From the NCBI GenBank assembly GCA_964629615.1, contig CAZVUD010000003.1:11764-63539 (forward strand): 51,776 nt of DNA, written 5' to 3'. This document shows, in pieces, positions 9,760-18,395 of the stretch. Origin of the DNA: an uncultured Clostridium sp. Lineage in GTDB: Bacteria > Bacillota > Clostridia > Oscillospirales > CAG-272. The position numbers were made by a program, and so were the translations under genes. The notes under the pieces are model-generated. The model saw only the letters and a list, made by a program, of their open reading frames with translations. It made no database searches and was not told where the DNA came from. Every line of letters begins with the position of its first letter. Position 1 is the first letter of the stretch.

Positions 9760-10591
9760 CGGAAAGGCGACCTCAGGTAAGATACGCCAACAGATAAAGG
9801 CAGAAGCCGAGCAGTTTGCAAAAGAAAACGGATACGCCCCGGGGCTTGCCGTAATAATCGTCGGAAACGACCCTGCATCTCAGGTGTATGTAAGAAATAA
9901 GAAAAGGGCTTGCAGTGAGGTGGGATTTGTGTCTGTCGAATATGAGCTTGCTGAGGATACGAGCGAGGAAGAGCTCATATCGCTCATACACAAGCTTAAT
10001 CTCGACACCTCAATACACGGTATACTTGTACAGCTGCCATTGCCGAAGCATATAAATGAAAAGCGAGTTTTGCTTGAGATATCGCCCAAAAAGGATGTCG
10101 ATGCATTTCATCCTCAAAATGTCGGCAAGATAATGATAGGCGACTACGACCTGCTTCCTTGTACACCTGCTGGTGTTATGGAGCTGATCGCGGAATACGG
10201 TATAGATGTTGAAGGGAAGAGATGCGTGGTCATCGGCAGATCCAACATAGTGGGTAAGCCCATGGCAATGCTGCTCCTCCATAAAAACGGCACAGTCACT
10301 ATCTGCCACAGCAGATCAGCCAATATTAGAGAGATATGCAGTGAGGCAGATATACTTGTAGCATCTGTCGGAATACCGAAATTTGTCACTCGTGACATGG
10401 TGAAGGAGGGAGCTGTCGTTATCGATGTTGGAATAAACAGACTTGATGACGGTACGCTTTGCGGAGATGTTGATTTTGAGGGCGTTGAGCCTATCGCATC
10501 ATATATTACTCCCGTTCCGGGCGGAGTTGGTCCCATGACGATAACCATGCTTCTGAAAAATACACTTACAGCCGCAAAAATACAGATTTAA
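9743..10591 (+). CDS. folD: Bifunctional methylenetetrahydrofolate dehydrogenase/cyclohydrolase
   Basis: MATIIDGKA... start and the motifs VGNDPASQVYVRNK and PVPGGVGPMT. The start at 9743 overlaps the end of lgt. Confidence 0.9.
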   Translation: MATIIDGKATSGKIRQQIKAEAEQFAKENGYAPGLAVIIVGNDPASQVYVRNKKRACSEVGFVSVEYELAEDTSEEELISLIHKLNLDTSIHGILVQLPLPKHINEKRVLLEISPKKDVDAFHPQNVGKIMIGDYDLLPCTPAGVMELIAEYGIDVEGKRCVVIGRSNIVGKPMAMLLLHKNGTVTICHSRSANIREICSEADILVASVGIPKFVTRDMVKEGAVVIDVGINRLDDGTLCGDVDFEGVEPIASYITPVPGGVGPMTITMLLKNTLTAAKIQI

Positions 10592-10605
10592 TTGCAAAAA
10601 AGTAC

Positions 10606-10634
10606 TTGAAATTTCAGAACATTTGTAGTATAAT
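10606..10634 (+). promoter_or_regulatory. Promoter of tRNA-Arg
   Basis: TTGAAA (10606-10611), 17-nt spacer, TATAAT (10629-10634). Confidence 0.6.
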
Positions 10635-10667
10635 ATATGAGGTGTGTTTCAAACACCTCATATATTA
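10631..10667. promoter_or_regulatory. Perfect 15-bp inverted repeat overlapping the -10 box; either the folD terminator hairpin or an operator
   Basis: TAATATATGAGGTGT-gtttcaa-ACACCTCATATATTA. Confidence 0.5.
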
Positions 10668-10683
10668 TATCAAAATTGAATAT

Positions 10684-10758
10684 GCCCTCATAGTTAAATG
10701 GATATAATAAGCCCCTCCTAAGGGTTAGTTATGGGTTCGATTCCCGTTGGGGGTGCCA
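10684..10758 (+). tRNA. tRNA-Arg (anticodon CCT), CCA encoded
   Basis: Hand-folded cloverleaf. Acceptor GCCCTCA/TGGGGGT, D-arm GTTA-aatggata-TAAT, anticodon stem AGCCC/GGGTT with loop CTCCTAA (CCT at 10717-10719), T-arm ATGGG-TTCGATT-CCCGT, discriminator G plus CCA. Confidence 0.85.
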
Positions 10759-11090
10759 AAATACCCGACCGCGTTTGCGGTCGGGTATTTGCATCCCCCT
10801 AAATGAGCACCATCGAATGCTTTTTCCAATTGCAATGGGATGTTGAAAGTAAGAAGCAAAATGCAATTGGAAGAAGGTTCAGATTCCCGCCTTAGGTGCC
10901 AAAATACCCGACCGCGTTTGCGGTCGGGTATTTGCATCCCCCTAAATGAGCACCATCGAATGCTTTTTCCAATTGCAATGGGATGTTGAAAGTAAGAAGC
11001 AAAATGCAATTGGAAGAAGGTTCAGATTCCCGCCTTAGGTGCCAAAATACCCGATCGCGTTTGCGGTCGGGTATTTTGCATCCCCCTAAT
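10752..11090. repeat. 143-bp tandem repeat, about 2.4 copies, starting in the last 7 nt of tRNA-Arg
   Basis: GGTGCCA recurs at 10752, 10895 and 11038. Copies 1 and 2 read identical by eye. Copy 3 is partial, with one substitution and one extra T. Each unit is a 14-bp-stem hairpin, a 9-bp-stem hairpin, and a tRNA-3'-like end GGTTCAGATTCCCGCCTTAGGTGCCA. Confidence 0.9.
11044..11077. terminator. Hairpin of the third repeat copy; likely serves as the nadE terminator on the minus strand
   Basis: AAAATACCCGATCGC-gttt-GCGGTCGGGTATTTT, 55 nt downstream of the nadE stop, with T runs in both orientations. Confidence 0.6.
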
Positions 11091-11131
11091 TTTCCGATAA
11101 GGACAACGACCTATTTCGGATTTACTTTTCA

Positions 11132-13066
11132 TCAAATATTTTCTTTCAGCCTTTCGATTTCTTGAAGCCAGATCGTGCTCTGTGCATCAGAAGGCATCTT
11201 CCAGCCCTGACGCGGTGAGAGGGATATCTCGGTAGCACGCGGTCCGTCAGGCATGCAGGAGCGCTTGAACTGCTGTGCAAAGAAGCGCTTGAAGAATACC
11301 TCCAACCAACGCAAGAGGGTCTCATCATCATAGTAATCGCCGAGGGATTGCTGTGCTATCCTGAAGAGCTTTTCGGGAGAAAAGCCGTACTTGACCGTAT
11401 AATATATATAAAGATCGTGTATCTCGTAAGGCCCGACAAGATCCTCGGTTATCTGTGATATGTCACCATCCTCGTCGGCAGGCAAGAGCTCGGGGGATAC
11501 GGGAGTATCCAAAATGTCGTAGAGCACGTCTGCAAGCTCGTTGTTTTCGTTATATCTTTCAAGATCGGCGTAAAATCTCACGATTGCTCTGATAAGAGTC
11601 TTCGGAACACTTGCATTTACCGAATACATAGACATGTGGTCACCGTTATATGTGGCAAATCCGAGAGCCAGCTCGGAAAGATCGCCTGTTCCGACAACTA
11701 TGCCGTTTACTTGATTGGCAATATCCATAAGGATCTGTGTGCGCTCACGCGCCTGTGCATTTTCATATACTGCATCGTGAAGATTTTTATCGTGACCTAT
11801 ATCCTCAAAATGCTTATTTACAGATTCAAGAATATCTATATGCCTCAATGTAACGCCAAGCTCATCGCAAAGCACGCATGCGTTATTTTTAGTGCGCTTG
11901 GATGTACCGAAGCAGGGCATTGTAACAGCTATTACATCTGTTCTCGGTCTGTCAAGTATGTCCATTGCCTGTACTGCAACAATTAAGGCAAGAGTTGAGT
12001 CAAGTCCACCGGATATACCTATGACAGCAGTTTTTGCGTGACAGCGCAGCAACCTCTGTGCAAGTCCCTCTGCCTGTATAAGTAAGCTCGTTCGGCATAC
12101 CTTTCGGAGCTGCTTTTCATCCTCGGGGATAAAGGGATCTCTGGGGTATTCACGCGTAAGCTCGGTCGTTGTAGGGAACATCTCAAATTCATACTCGCAA
12201 AACGTTGAGTCGTTTTTATCGCGAACAAAAAGCGTGTCGCGGCGGCGCTCACTCTCAAGAAGCTCAACATCTATCTCGGTTATAATAAGCTCTGATCGGT
12301 CGAACGGGGCTTTCCGCTTTATCATCTTGCCGTTTTCGCATATAAAGCAATATCCGGAATATACATTATCGGTAGTGGATTCACCGCACGATGGGTCTGC
12401 GTGTATATATGCTGTGTGATATCTTGCCGAATCTGCCATCATAATGCTCTCGCATCTATCAATGATACATGGATCATGGGGATATGCAGAGGGATTTGCA
12501 ATAATATACGCACCCGCTTTTGCAAGATCGCCCGAAACTCCGTTCGATGACATTGTATCCTCACCTATCTCAAGTCCTATCTTGAAGCTCGGAATGTCCA
12601 TGCAAACAAAAAATTGATCATTGCCGAGAGTTACTATGGATTCGTCGAATGTTACCGCTATATTTGAGGACGGTGCAGGTGAAAAATATCTTGCCATATC
12701 AAGGTCGCATGAGATATTCTTTTGGGGTACGATACCGAGAACTGCGCCGTTATATACTACGGCAGAGCACGCATACAGCTTGTCCGCACATACAAAGGGA
12801 AGTCCGATAACAGATACCGTGTCCAGCATAGCTGTGGCGTAAACGTATGTCTTAAGCGCTTCCTTTGCGCTCTCAATAAGCCTTGAAGAGAAGAAGAGAT
12901 CGCCGCAGGTAGCGCCTGTTATGGCGAGCTTCGGAAATACGATCAGCTTTGCGCCTTCATCGCTTGCCGCCTCGCAAAGCCTTATACATTCATTTACATT
13001 GTAGTCCGTATCTGCCACTCTAAGATTAGGAGAAGCCGCACAGACCTTGATAAACCCGTTATTCAT
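11132..13066 (-). CDS. nadE: Glutamine-dependent NAD(+) synthase (CN-hydrolase domain plus PP-loop synthetase domain)
   Basis: 644 aa, with SGGLDSTLA PP-loop and an N-terminal nitrilase-like domain. Confidence 0.9.
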   Translation of the reverse strand: MNNGFIKVCAASPNLRVADTDYNVNECIRLCEAASDEGAKLIVFPKLAITGATCGDLFFSSRLIESAKEALKTYVYATAMLDTVSVIGLPFVCADKLYACSAVVYNGAVLGIVPQKNISCDLDMARYFSPAPSSNIAVTFDESIVTLGNDQFFVCMDIPSFKIGLEIGEDTMSSNGVSGDLAKAGAYIIANPSAYPHDPCIIDRCESIMMADSARYHTAYIHADPSCGESTTDNVYSGYCFICENGKMIKRKAPFDRSELIITEIDVELLESERRRDTLFVRDKNDSTFCEYEFEMFPTTTELTREYPRDPFIPEDEKQLRKVCRTSLLIQAEGLAQRLLRCHAKTAVIGISGGLDSTLALIVAVQAMDILDRPRTDVIAVTMPCFGTSKRTKNNACVLCDELGVTLRHIDILESVNKHFEDIGHDKNLHDAVYENAQARERTQILMDIANQVNGIVVGTGDLSELALGFATYNGDHMSMYSVNASVPKTLIRAIVRFYADLERYNENNELADVLYDILDTPVSPELLPADEDGDISQITEDLVGPYEIHDLYIYYTVKYGFSPEKLFRIAQQSLGDYYDDETLLRWLEVFFKRFFAQQFKRSCMPDGPRATEISLSPRQGWKMPSDAQSTIWLQEIERLKENI

Positions 13067-13109
13067 AAATACACCGTTCCTTTCAAATAGAAACTAACTT
13101 TACAGATAC

Positions 13110-13138
13110 ATTATAGTACAAATAAGCTGATTTGTCAA
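13110..13138 (-). promoter_or_regulatory. nadE promoter
   Basis: On the minus strand: TTGACA, 17-nt spacer, TATAAT. Confidence 0.6.
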
Positions 13139-13148
13139 CAAATTGAAT

Positions 13149-13191
13149 AAAAAACTGTACAGACAGCGGCTGTGTGCCTATCTGTCCGTAC
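13149..13191 (-). terminator. Terminator after the acyl-CoA synthetase gene
   Basis: Imperfect 10-bp stem (one mismatch) plus an inner GGC/GCC stem, followed by TTTTTT on the minus strand. Confidence 0.55.
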
Positions 13192-13203
13192 TTAATTTAA
13201 ATA

Positions 13204-14928
13204 TTATTTTACGAGCTGACGCTTTATCTTCTTTGACGAGGTCTTTTCAAATTCAGTCTTGCGTATCTCAACAGCTCTTATCTGCTTGAATGAGGGGAGC
13301 TTCTTATTTATTGCATTAACAGACTTGCGTATAGAGTCCTTGATGCTGTCCTCATCTGCATCCGCACTGAATTTTGAATAATCGGGGTATACAACAGCCG
13401 TAAGCACGACCTCATCACTGTCATCGGCTTTTCTGCCTATAACGCAGGACTCCGCAATAGTGTCAATCTCCTCCAGATATTCTTCGATCTCCTCGGGGAA
13501 GACATTCTTGCCGTTTTCAAGCACTATGACGAACTTGATCCTTCCCGTGATATAAGCATATCCGTCAGAATCAAGATATCCTATATCTCCTGTTCTGAAC
13601 CAACCGTCACTTGTGAATACATCGGCATTTGCCTCGGGATTATTGTAATATCCTATCATTACGTTGTCACCCTTGACCTGTATCTCACCCATCGGATATC
13701 CGTCGTCCGAAACATCTCCGTTGGGATCTATGCGCATCTTGCATGTAAGCACAGAGGGACCTATAGAACCGAGCTTTCGCGCAGTGTAAGGTGTTACTGC
13801 AACAAGGGGGGAGCATTCTGTAATGCCGAATCCCTCGTATACCGCGATACCGAAGCTTTCAAATGCAAGCACGAGAGAGGGGTTGAGCTTTGCGCCGCCG
13901 CATATGATCTTATTAAGATTTCCGCCAAATGCGTCAAGCACAGACTTAAATATCTTGCGTCTTGCATCTATTCCGCAGGCAAGCAAAGCATTTGATATCT
14001 TCATGCCTGTCTTCAGCACCTTTGTCTTTCCGCTCTTTTCAGCCTCAGACCAGATCTTCTTGTACATAGTGTTGAGGAACAGGGGAACAAGGACAAGTCC
14101 TGTGGGCTTGAATCTGGCGAAATTCTTAAGCACGTGGCGCAGAGAATCGTTTATGCATGTGGTGCATCCAAGCACAAGCTCGGCTAAAAGGCACATAAGC
14201 TCGTATGTGTGGTGAACAGGTAGTACCGATACAAGTACATCGTCCTTTTCAAAGCAAACGCCGTCAACCGCAGATGCAACTGCGGAAAATATGTTTTCCT
14301 GTGAGAGCATAACGCACTTGCTCGTTCCCGTCGTACCCGATGTGAACAGCATCTCGCACATTACACTGCGGTCAGTCTGTGCCTTGAATTCGTATCCGCG
14401 CGCGCAAGCCTCCTTGCCTATCTCGATCATTTCGGAGAAGGGGATAACATTGTCGCCCTTGGTGCTGTCATCAGGGTCTATCGGGATATAGTACTTGATG
14501 GTGGGATGTGACTCTGCAACAGAGGCAAACTTTGCGTTAAACGACGCGGAATATACCACGGCGTCTGCCTCTACCATAGATAAGAACTTTTCTATTTCAG
14601 AGAGCGCAAGCTCCTTGTCCATAGGTATTATAACAGCTCCTGCAGCTATCGCAGATATGTAAGTTGCTATCCAATGCGGAGATGTTTCACCGATGACAGC
14701 GATCTTTTTGCCGCAAAGGTCCTTTTGTGTGATGGCGGCAGAGAACTGCTTGATCATCTCGTAGAGCTCGGAATATGTCATCTCAAGAACATCCTTGCCG
14801 ACAAAGTATTTATATACTGTCTTGTCTCCGTGAAGCTGTATCCTGTCAAGAAGATCGTTTACATCCCATATACGGGGAAAATCTCTTTCAAGTCTTCTTC
14901 TGTTTACTAATTTTTGTGAGGTCTGCAT
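13204..14928 (-). CDS. AMP-dependent synthetase/ligase (long-chain fatty-acid--CoA ligase-like)
   Basis: LFTSGTTGTSKCVML AMP-binding motif, GWFRTGDIG, and a C-terminal KKIKR lysine motif. Confidence 0.85.
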   Translation of the reverse strand: MQTSQKLVNRRRLERDFPRIWDVNDLLDRIQLHGDKTVYKYFVGKDVLEMTYSELYEMIKQFSAAITQKDLCGKKIAVIGETSPHWIATYISAIAAGAVIIPMDKELALSEIEKFLSMVEADAVVYSASFNAKFASVAESHPTIKYYIPIDPDDSTKGDNVIPFSEMIEIGKEACARGYEFKAQTDRSVMCEMLFTSGTTGTSKCVMLSQENIFSAVASAVDGVCFEKDDVLVSVLPVHHTYELMCLLAELVLGCTTCINDSLRHVLKNFARFKPTGLVLVPLFLNTMYKKIWSEAEKSGKTKVLKTGMKISNALLACGIDARRKIFKSVLDAFGGNLNKIICGGAKLNPSLVLAFESFGIAVYEGFGITECSPLVAVTPYTARKLGSIGPSVLTCKMRIDPNGDVSDDGYPMGEIQVKGDNVMIGYYNNPEANADVFTSDGWFRTGDIGYLDSDGYAYITGRIKFVIVLENGKNVFPEEIEEYLEEIDTIAESCVIGRKADDSDEVVLTAVVYPDYSKFSADADEDSIKDSIRKSVNAINKKLPSFKQIRAVEIRKTEFEKTSSKKIKRQLVK

Positions 14929-14959
14929 ATTAAATTCCTTTCAAAATCTTCTCTCTTAC

Positions 14960-15412
14960 TTATATCTCGTCCGCCGAGGCATTGATATTGGCATTTATTG
15001 CATCAAGCACCTTATAGAAGCACTTGAGCTCCTCAACACTGACGCAGTCGTATATATTGCCAATGACCTTGTCAACGAGCAGCTTTATCTCTTCGATGAT
15101 AGCAACGCCCTTATCCGTAAGTATATATTTTTGCTTGTACTTTCTTCCGTCGCTGAATCTTTCATTGAATGTAATGAGATCTCTCTCTGTAAGATCGCAT
15201 GTTATTCTTGATACGAAAGCCTTGTCTATCGCACATGTGCGTGATATCTCCGTCGGCGTAAGACCGTCCTCTGTGCGATATATATGTATCATGCACATAA
15301 GGTGTGTCGCGCGCAGACCGTATTCAGCCATTTTTTTACTTTTGATCTTGTGCAGACTGCGTTCAATGTTAGACAGATGAACAGTGAATGCAGTAAATCT
15401 TTCCATATACAT
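14960..15412 (-). CDS. MarR-family transcriptional regulator
   Basis: About 150 aa with a central winged HTH (LTPTEISRTCAIDKAFVSRITCDLTERDLI). The start could instead be ATG 15406. Confidence 0.85.
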   Translation of the reverse strand: MYMERFTAFTVHLSNIERSLHKIKSKKMAEYGLRATHLMCMIHIYRTEDGLTPTEISRTCAIDKAFVSRITCDLTERDLITFNERFSDGRKYKQKYILTDKGVAIIEEIKLLVDKVIGNIYDCVSVEELKCFYKVLDAINANINASADEI

Positions 15413-15444
15413 GTTTCCACCTCATAATATTTGATCATACAGTA

Positions 15445-15477
15445 ATTATACATCAAAATTATTGACTTGTCAACAAT
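15445..15477 (-). promoter_or_regulatory. marR promoter with a candidate operator palindrome over the -35 box
   Basis: On the minus strand: TTGACA (15468-15473), 17-nt spacer, TATAAT (15445-15450). Inverted repeat ATTATTGAC-tt-GTCAACAAT lies at 15458-15477. Confidence 0.6.
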
Positions 15478-15518
15478 ATATAAATTCATTAACACTTTAT
15501 TTACAAAAAATACAAGTG

Positions 15519-17291
15519 TTATTTTACGCGCATATTCTGTATCTTATCTTTGTCGGGGGTGACCGTGCAGGACCAATTGCTGTGGTATATTACCATACCC
15601 GGTCTTGCGCCCAAAACCTTTTTTACACCGCGCGCAAAGAGATAGTCAACATCTGTGCTTGCGCCCCCTGAGGATTTGGAATAATATGCTGCGATCTCGG
15701 CTGCATCCGTGAAATCCTGGGCAGGCGGCTCGTCGCCACCCGTTACGAGAAGCACATGCGAGCCGGGGACACCCTTTGCATGAAACCAATAGTCGTTCTT
15801 TTGAGCCAATTTGTGAGTGATATATTCATTTTGCAGATTATTCTTTCCGCAATATACAGTATAACCGTTTGTCGTTTTGAATTTTGCTATGATCGGCGCA
15901 GGGTGTTTCTTTTGCGCCACATATCCCTTCATGCGTGAAGCATAACCGCTTCTGTACAATTCCTCTCGGATCTCGGCGAGGTCCTGCAGAGTCTCGGCTC
16001 TTGAAAGAGAGTCAAGCACGGTGCGGATATATTCAAGCTCCTCCTCACCCTTAGTGATCTGCTCGCCAAGTACTGCCTTTGCCGTTTTCAGCTTGCTGTA
16101 TTTTTTATAATACTTCTGTGCGTTTGCCGAAGGTGAGAGCCTTGTATCAAGCTCTATCATGCGCGTTGCATATTCGCCCTTGTCCTCGTCCCAGCTTTCA
16201 TAATCCGTAAGGTATGCGACCTTATCGAGCCGTGATATCTTGTAGATGTTCGCATTTATCATGTCACCGCATTTTTTGTATTCGCTTGCTTTTTCGCATT
16301 CGGAGATCTCAGATCTTTGTGCATCAAGCTTTTTAAGTATCCTGCTTTCTGCGCGTGTCAGTATCTTGAGTATGTCTGAAGCTCGCTGGCGTATACGTGC
16401 TTCCTTGTCGCGAGTCCTGAAAAATTCATCCAGCATTTCGGACAGAGAAGTGTAATGTGTTTGCTTTACACCTTCACCGTAGTGAGTAAGGCTCATAAAG
16501 CTGTATTCTGCAGGCACACCACTATCTCCGTACACGACGCTCGGGCAAAGCTCATGCCGCTTTAAGAGATCCATAACGCATGAGAATCCAAGGTAGAGGG
16601 TATCCGCATCGCATGCGTCTTTTGTTGTAAACGCACAGCCGGTGCTTCTCATTACCATCTCGCGCGCAGTTGCAGACGAAAGCCCGAGATATGTGGAGGT
16701 TATAAATTTTTCGCACAGACCGCCGTCAGGATAGCTTTCATAAGCAGATGCAAAGCTATCGCGATCTGTCTCTTGAGGGTCAAGCTTATTTTGCGCAGGC
16801 GGAAGCTCATATCTCATGCCCGGCAATACCTGGCGCTGTGAGCTTGTCGAATAGTCTATGATCTTAAGCGCAGAGATGACCTTCATATCGGCATCTGCAA
16901 ATATAAGATTGCTGTATTTGCCCATGATCTCGGCTATGAGATATTTTTTGCATTCATATCCAAGCTCATCGCGCGTGTCAAATTCCAGCACGGCGGCTCT
17001 CTCAAAGCCAAGCTGCTTTACCGAGACCAAAAATGCGCCCGTGAGATGCTTTCGCAAAAGCATGCAAAGCATTGGGGGAGCTGCGGGATTTTCCTTTTGT
17101 ATGTCCGTAAAAGATATGCGCGGATTGCTTGACGAGCAGTTGAGCAAAAGCTTTTTTCCGCCAAGTGTGGTGCGCATCTGCAGTATTATCTCTTCTTTTT
17201 CGGGCTGATATATCTTTTCTATCCTGCCTCCTGCCGCGATAGAATCTATCTCATATACGACGGAGGAGAGCATTGCGGCGTCAAATGCCAT
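15519..17291 (-). CDS. rqcH: Ribosome quality control protein RqcH (NFACT / FbpA-type)
   Basis: N-terminus MAFDAAML..., a central coiled coil, and the C-terminal NFACT-R signature DYWFHAKGVPGSHVLL. Confidence 0.85.
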   Translation of the reverse strand: MAFDAAMLSSVVYEIDSIAAGGRIEKIYQPEKEEIILQMRTTLGGKKLLLNCSSSNPRISFTDIQKENPAAPPMLCMLLRKHLTGAFLVSVKQLGFERAAVLEFDTRDELGYECKKYLIAEIMGKYSNLIFADADMKVISALKIIDYSTSSQRQVLPGMRYELPPAQNKLDPQETDRDSFASAYESYPDGGLCEKFITSTYLGLSSATAREMVMRSTGCAFTTKDACDADTLYLGFSCVMDLLKRHELCPSVVYGDSGVPAEYSFMSLTHYGEGVKQTHYTSLSEMLDEFFRTRDKEARIRQRASDILKILTRAESRILKKLDAQRSEISECEKASEYKKCGDMINANIYKISRLDKVAYLTDYESWDEDKGEYATRMIELDTRLSPSANAQKYYKKYSKLKTAKAVLGEQITKGEEELEYIRTVLDSLSRAETLQDLAEIREELYRSGYASRMKGYVAQKKHPAPIIAKFKTTNGYTVYCGKNNLQNEYITHKLAQKNDYWFHAKGVPGSHVLLVTGGDEPPAQDFTDAAEIAAYYSKSSGGASTDVDYLFARGVKKVLGARPGMVIYHSNWSCTVTPDKDKIQNMRVK

Positions 17292-17353
17292 AATAAAATT
17301 CCTTTCAAAAACGACTGATCATTGTAAAATTTCATTATTATTATACCATACTA

Positions 17354-17382
17354 TTGATTTTTTGGCAAGATAGTGTTATAAT
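17354..17382 (+). promoter_or_regulatory. coaW promoter (extended -10)
   Basis: TTGATT, 17-nt spacer, TGtTATAAT. Confidence 0.55.
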
Positions 17383-17416
17383 TTATTAGAGAAATATTTG
17401 AAAGGGCAACAGTGCT

Positions 17417-18274
17417 ATGAAAAGCAAGAATATAAATGTTATAGGAATCGACGTCGGCGGAAGCACCACGAAGATAGTCGGATTTAAGTACACTGACGGG
17501 TGTGAGCGTAAGCTCATATCTCCTTTTCTCGTTCGTGCCACCGATCCGTTGACATCCATATACGGCGCATTCGGAAGATTCGCCTCCGAAAACGGCATGT
17601 CGATAAATGATATAGACAGAATTATGATAACGGGCGTGGGCGCTACCCACATGTCGGGATCTATATATTCGATAGATTGCAATCTCGTCCCCGAATTTAC
17701 GGCTGTCGGTCTTGGCGGACTTTACCTTTCAGGACTTGATGAGGCTATCATAGTAAGCATGGGAACAGGTACTGCTCTCGTGCACGCAAAGAAAGCAGGC
17801 GAGCGCACAGAAATAAATTACCTTGGCGGAACGGGAATAGGCGGAGGCACGCTTCTCGGGCTCACCAAGAAGATGATAGGAATCGATACCATCGAGCATA
17901 TTGAAGAAATAGCCATGAACGGCGATCTTGATAAGGTGGATCTGAGAGTAAAGGATATATCCAAGGATGCTGATTATACAGGCGTCAATGCAAATCTCAC
18001 TGCCGCCAATTTCGGCAAGCTTTCAGACCTTGCCGATCAATCAGATATCGCGCTCGGACTTGCCAATATGGTCGCGGAAACTATAGCCATGCTTGCGGTG
18101 TTTGCCGCACGGGGCAATAAGATAAAGGACATAGTCCTTATAGGCAATCTCACAAATATCAAGCCTGTGCGTGACGTTTTCGAAAACCTTGGAGAGGATT
18201 TCGGCGTAAATTTCATCATCCCCGAAAACGCAAGCTTCGGCACGGTAATAGGCGCGGCGCTTTCCGAGCTTTGA
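17417..18274 (+). CDS. coaW: Type II pantothenate kinase
   Basis: IGIDVGGSTTKIV, GGTGIGGGTLLGL and DLRVKDISKD...LTAANFG match my recollection of the staphylococcal CoaW sequence. Confidence 0.8.
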   Translation: MKSKNINVIGIDVGGSTTKIVGFKYTDGCERKLISPFLVRATDPLTSIYGAFGRFASENGMSINDIDRIMITGVGATHMSGSIYSIDCNLVPEFTAVGLGGLYLSGLDEAIIVSMGTGTALVHAKKAGERTEINYLGGTGIGGGTLLGLTKKMIGIDTIEHIEEIAMNGDLDKVDLRVKDISKDADYTGVNANLTAANFGKLSDLADQSDIALGLANMVAETIAMLAVFAARGNKIKDIVLIGNLTNIKPVRDVFENLGEDFGVNFIIPENASFGTVIGAALSEL

Positions 18275-18313
18275 TGCCGCTTATATTTTAGGGCGCAAAA
18301 ACCAAAAAATTTA

Positions 18314-18342
18314 TTGACATATCACAAAAGTAATGGTATAAT
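18314..18342 (+). promoter_or_regulatory. alaS promoter (consensus, extended -10)
   Basis: TTGACA (18314-18319), 17-nt spacer, TGgTATAAT (18334-18342). Confidence 0.7.
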
Positions 18343-18395
18343 TAAAATTGTACAGAAAATTTTAAGCATATTAAATGAAAGGCAATATAAATCCC

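Noticed and set aside
10752-11090. Possibility that the repeat array is a CRISPR
   Set aside because: The whole 143-bp unit repeats, so there are no unique spacers. There are only about 2.4 copies, and no cas genes are present in the window.
10600-11131. Integrated mobile element or prophage at tRNA-Arg
   Set aside because: No integrase, recombinase or phage gene follows the tRNA. The next gene, nadE, is housekeeping with host-like composition. Only the short repeats are present.
10725-11165. ORFs 10725..11009 (-) and 10983..11165 (+) in the tRNA-proximal region
   Set aside because: They are produced by the 143-bp tandem repeat and run through hairpins and the tRNA 3' end. The periodic amino-acid repetition is an artefact of the DNA repeat.
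18343-18395. T-box or other riboswitch leader upstream of alaS
   Set aside because: The leader between the consensus promoter and the start codon is only about 50 nt. That is far too short for a T-box, and no specifier or antiterminator structure is visible.
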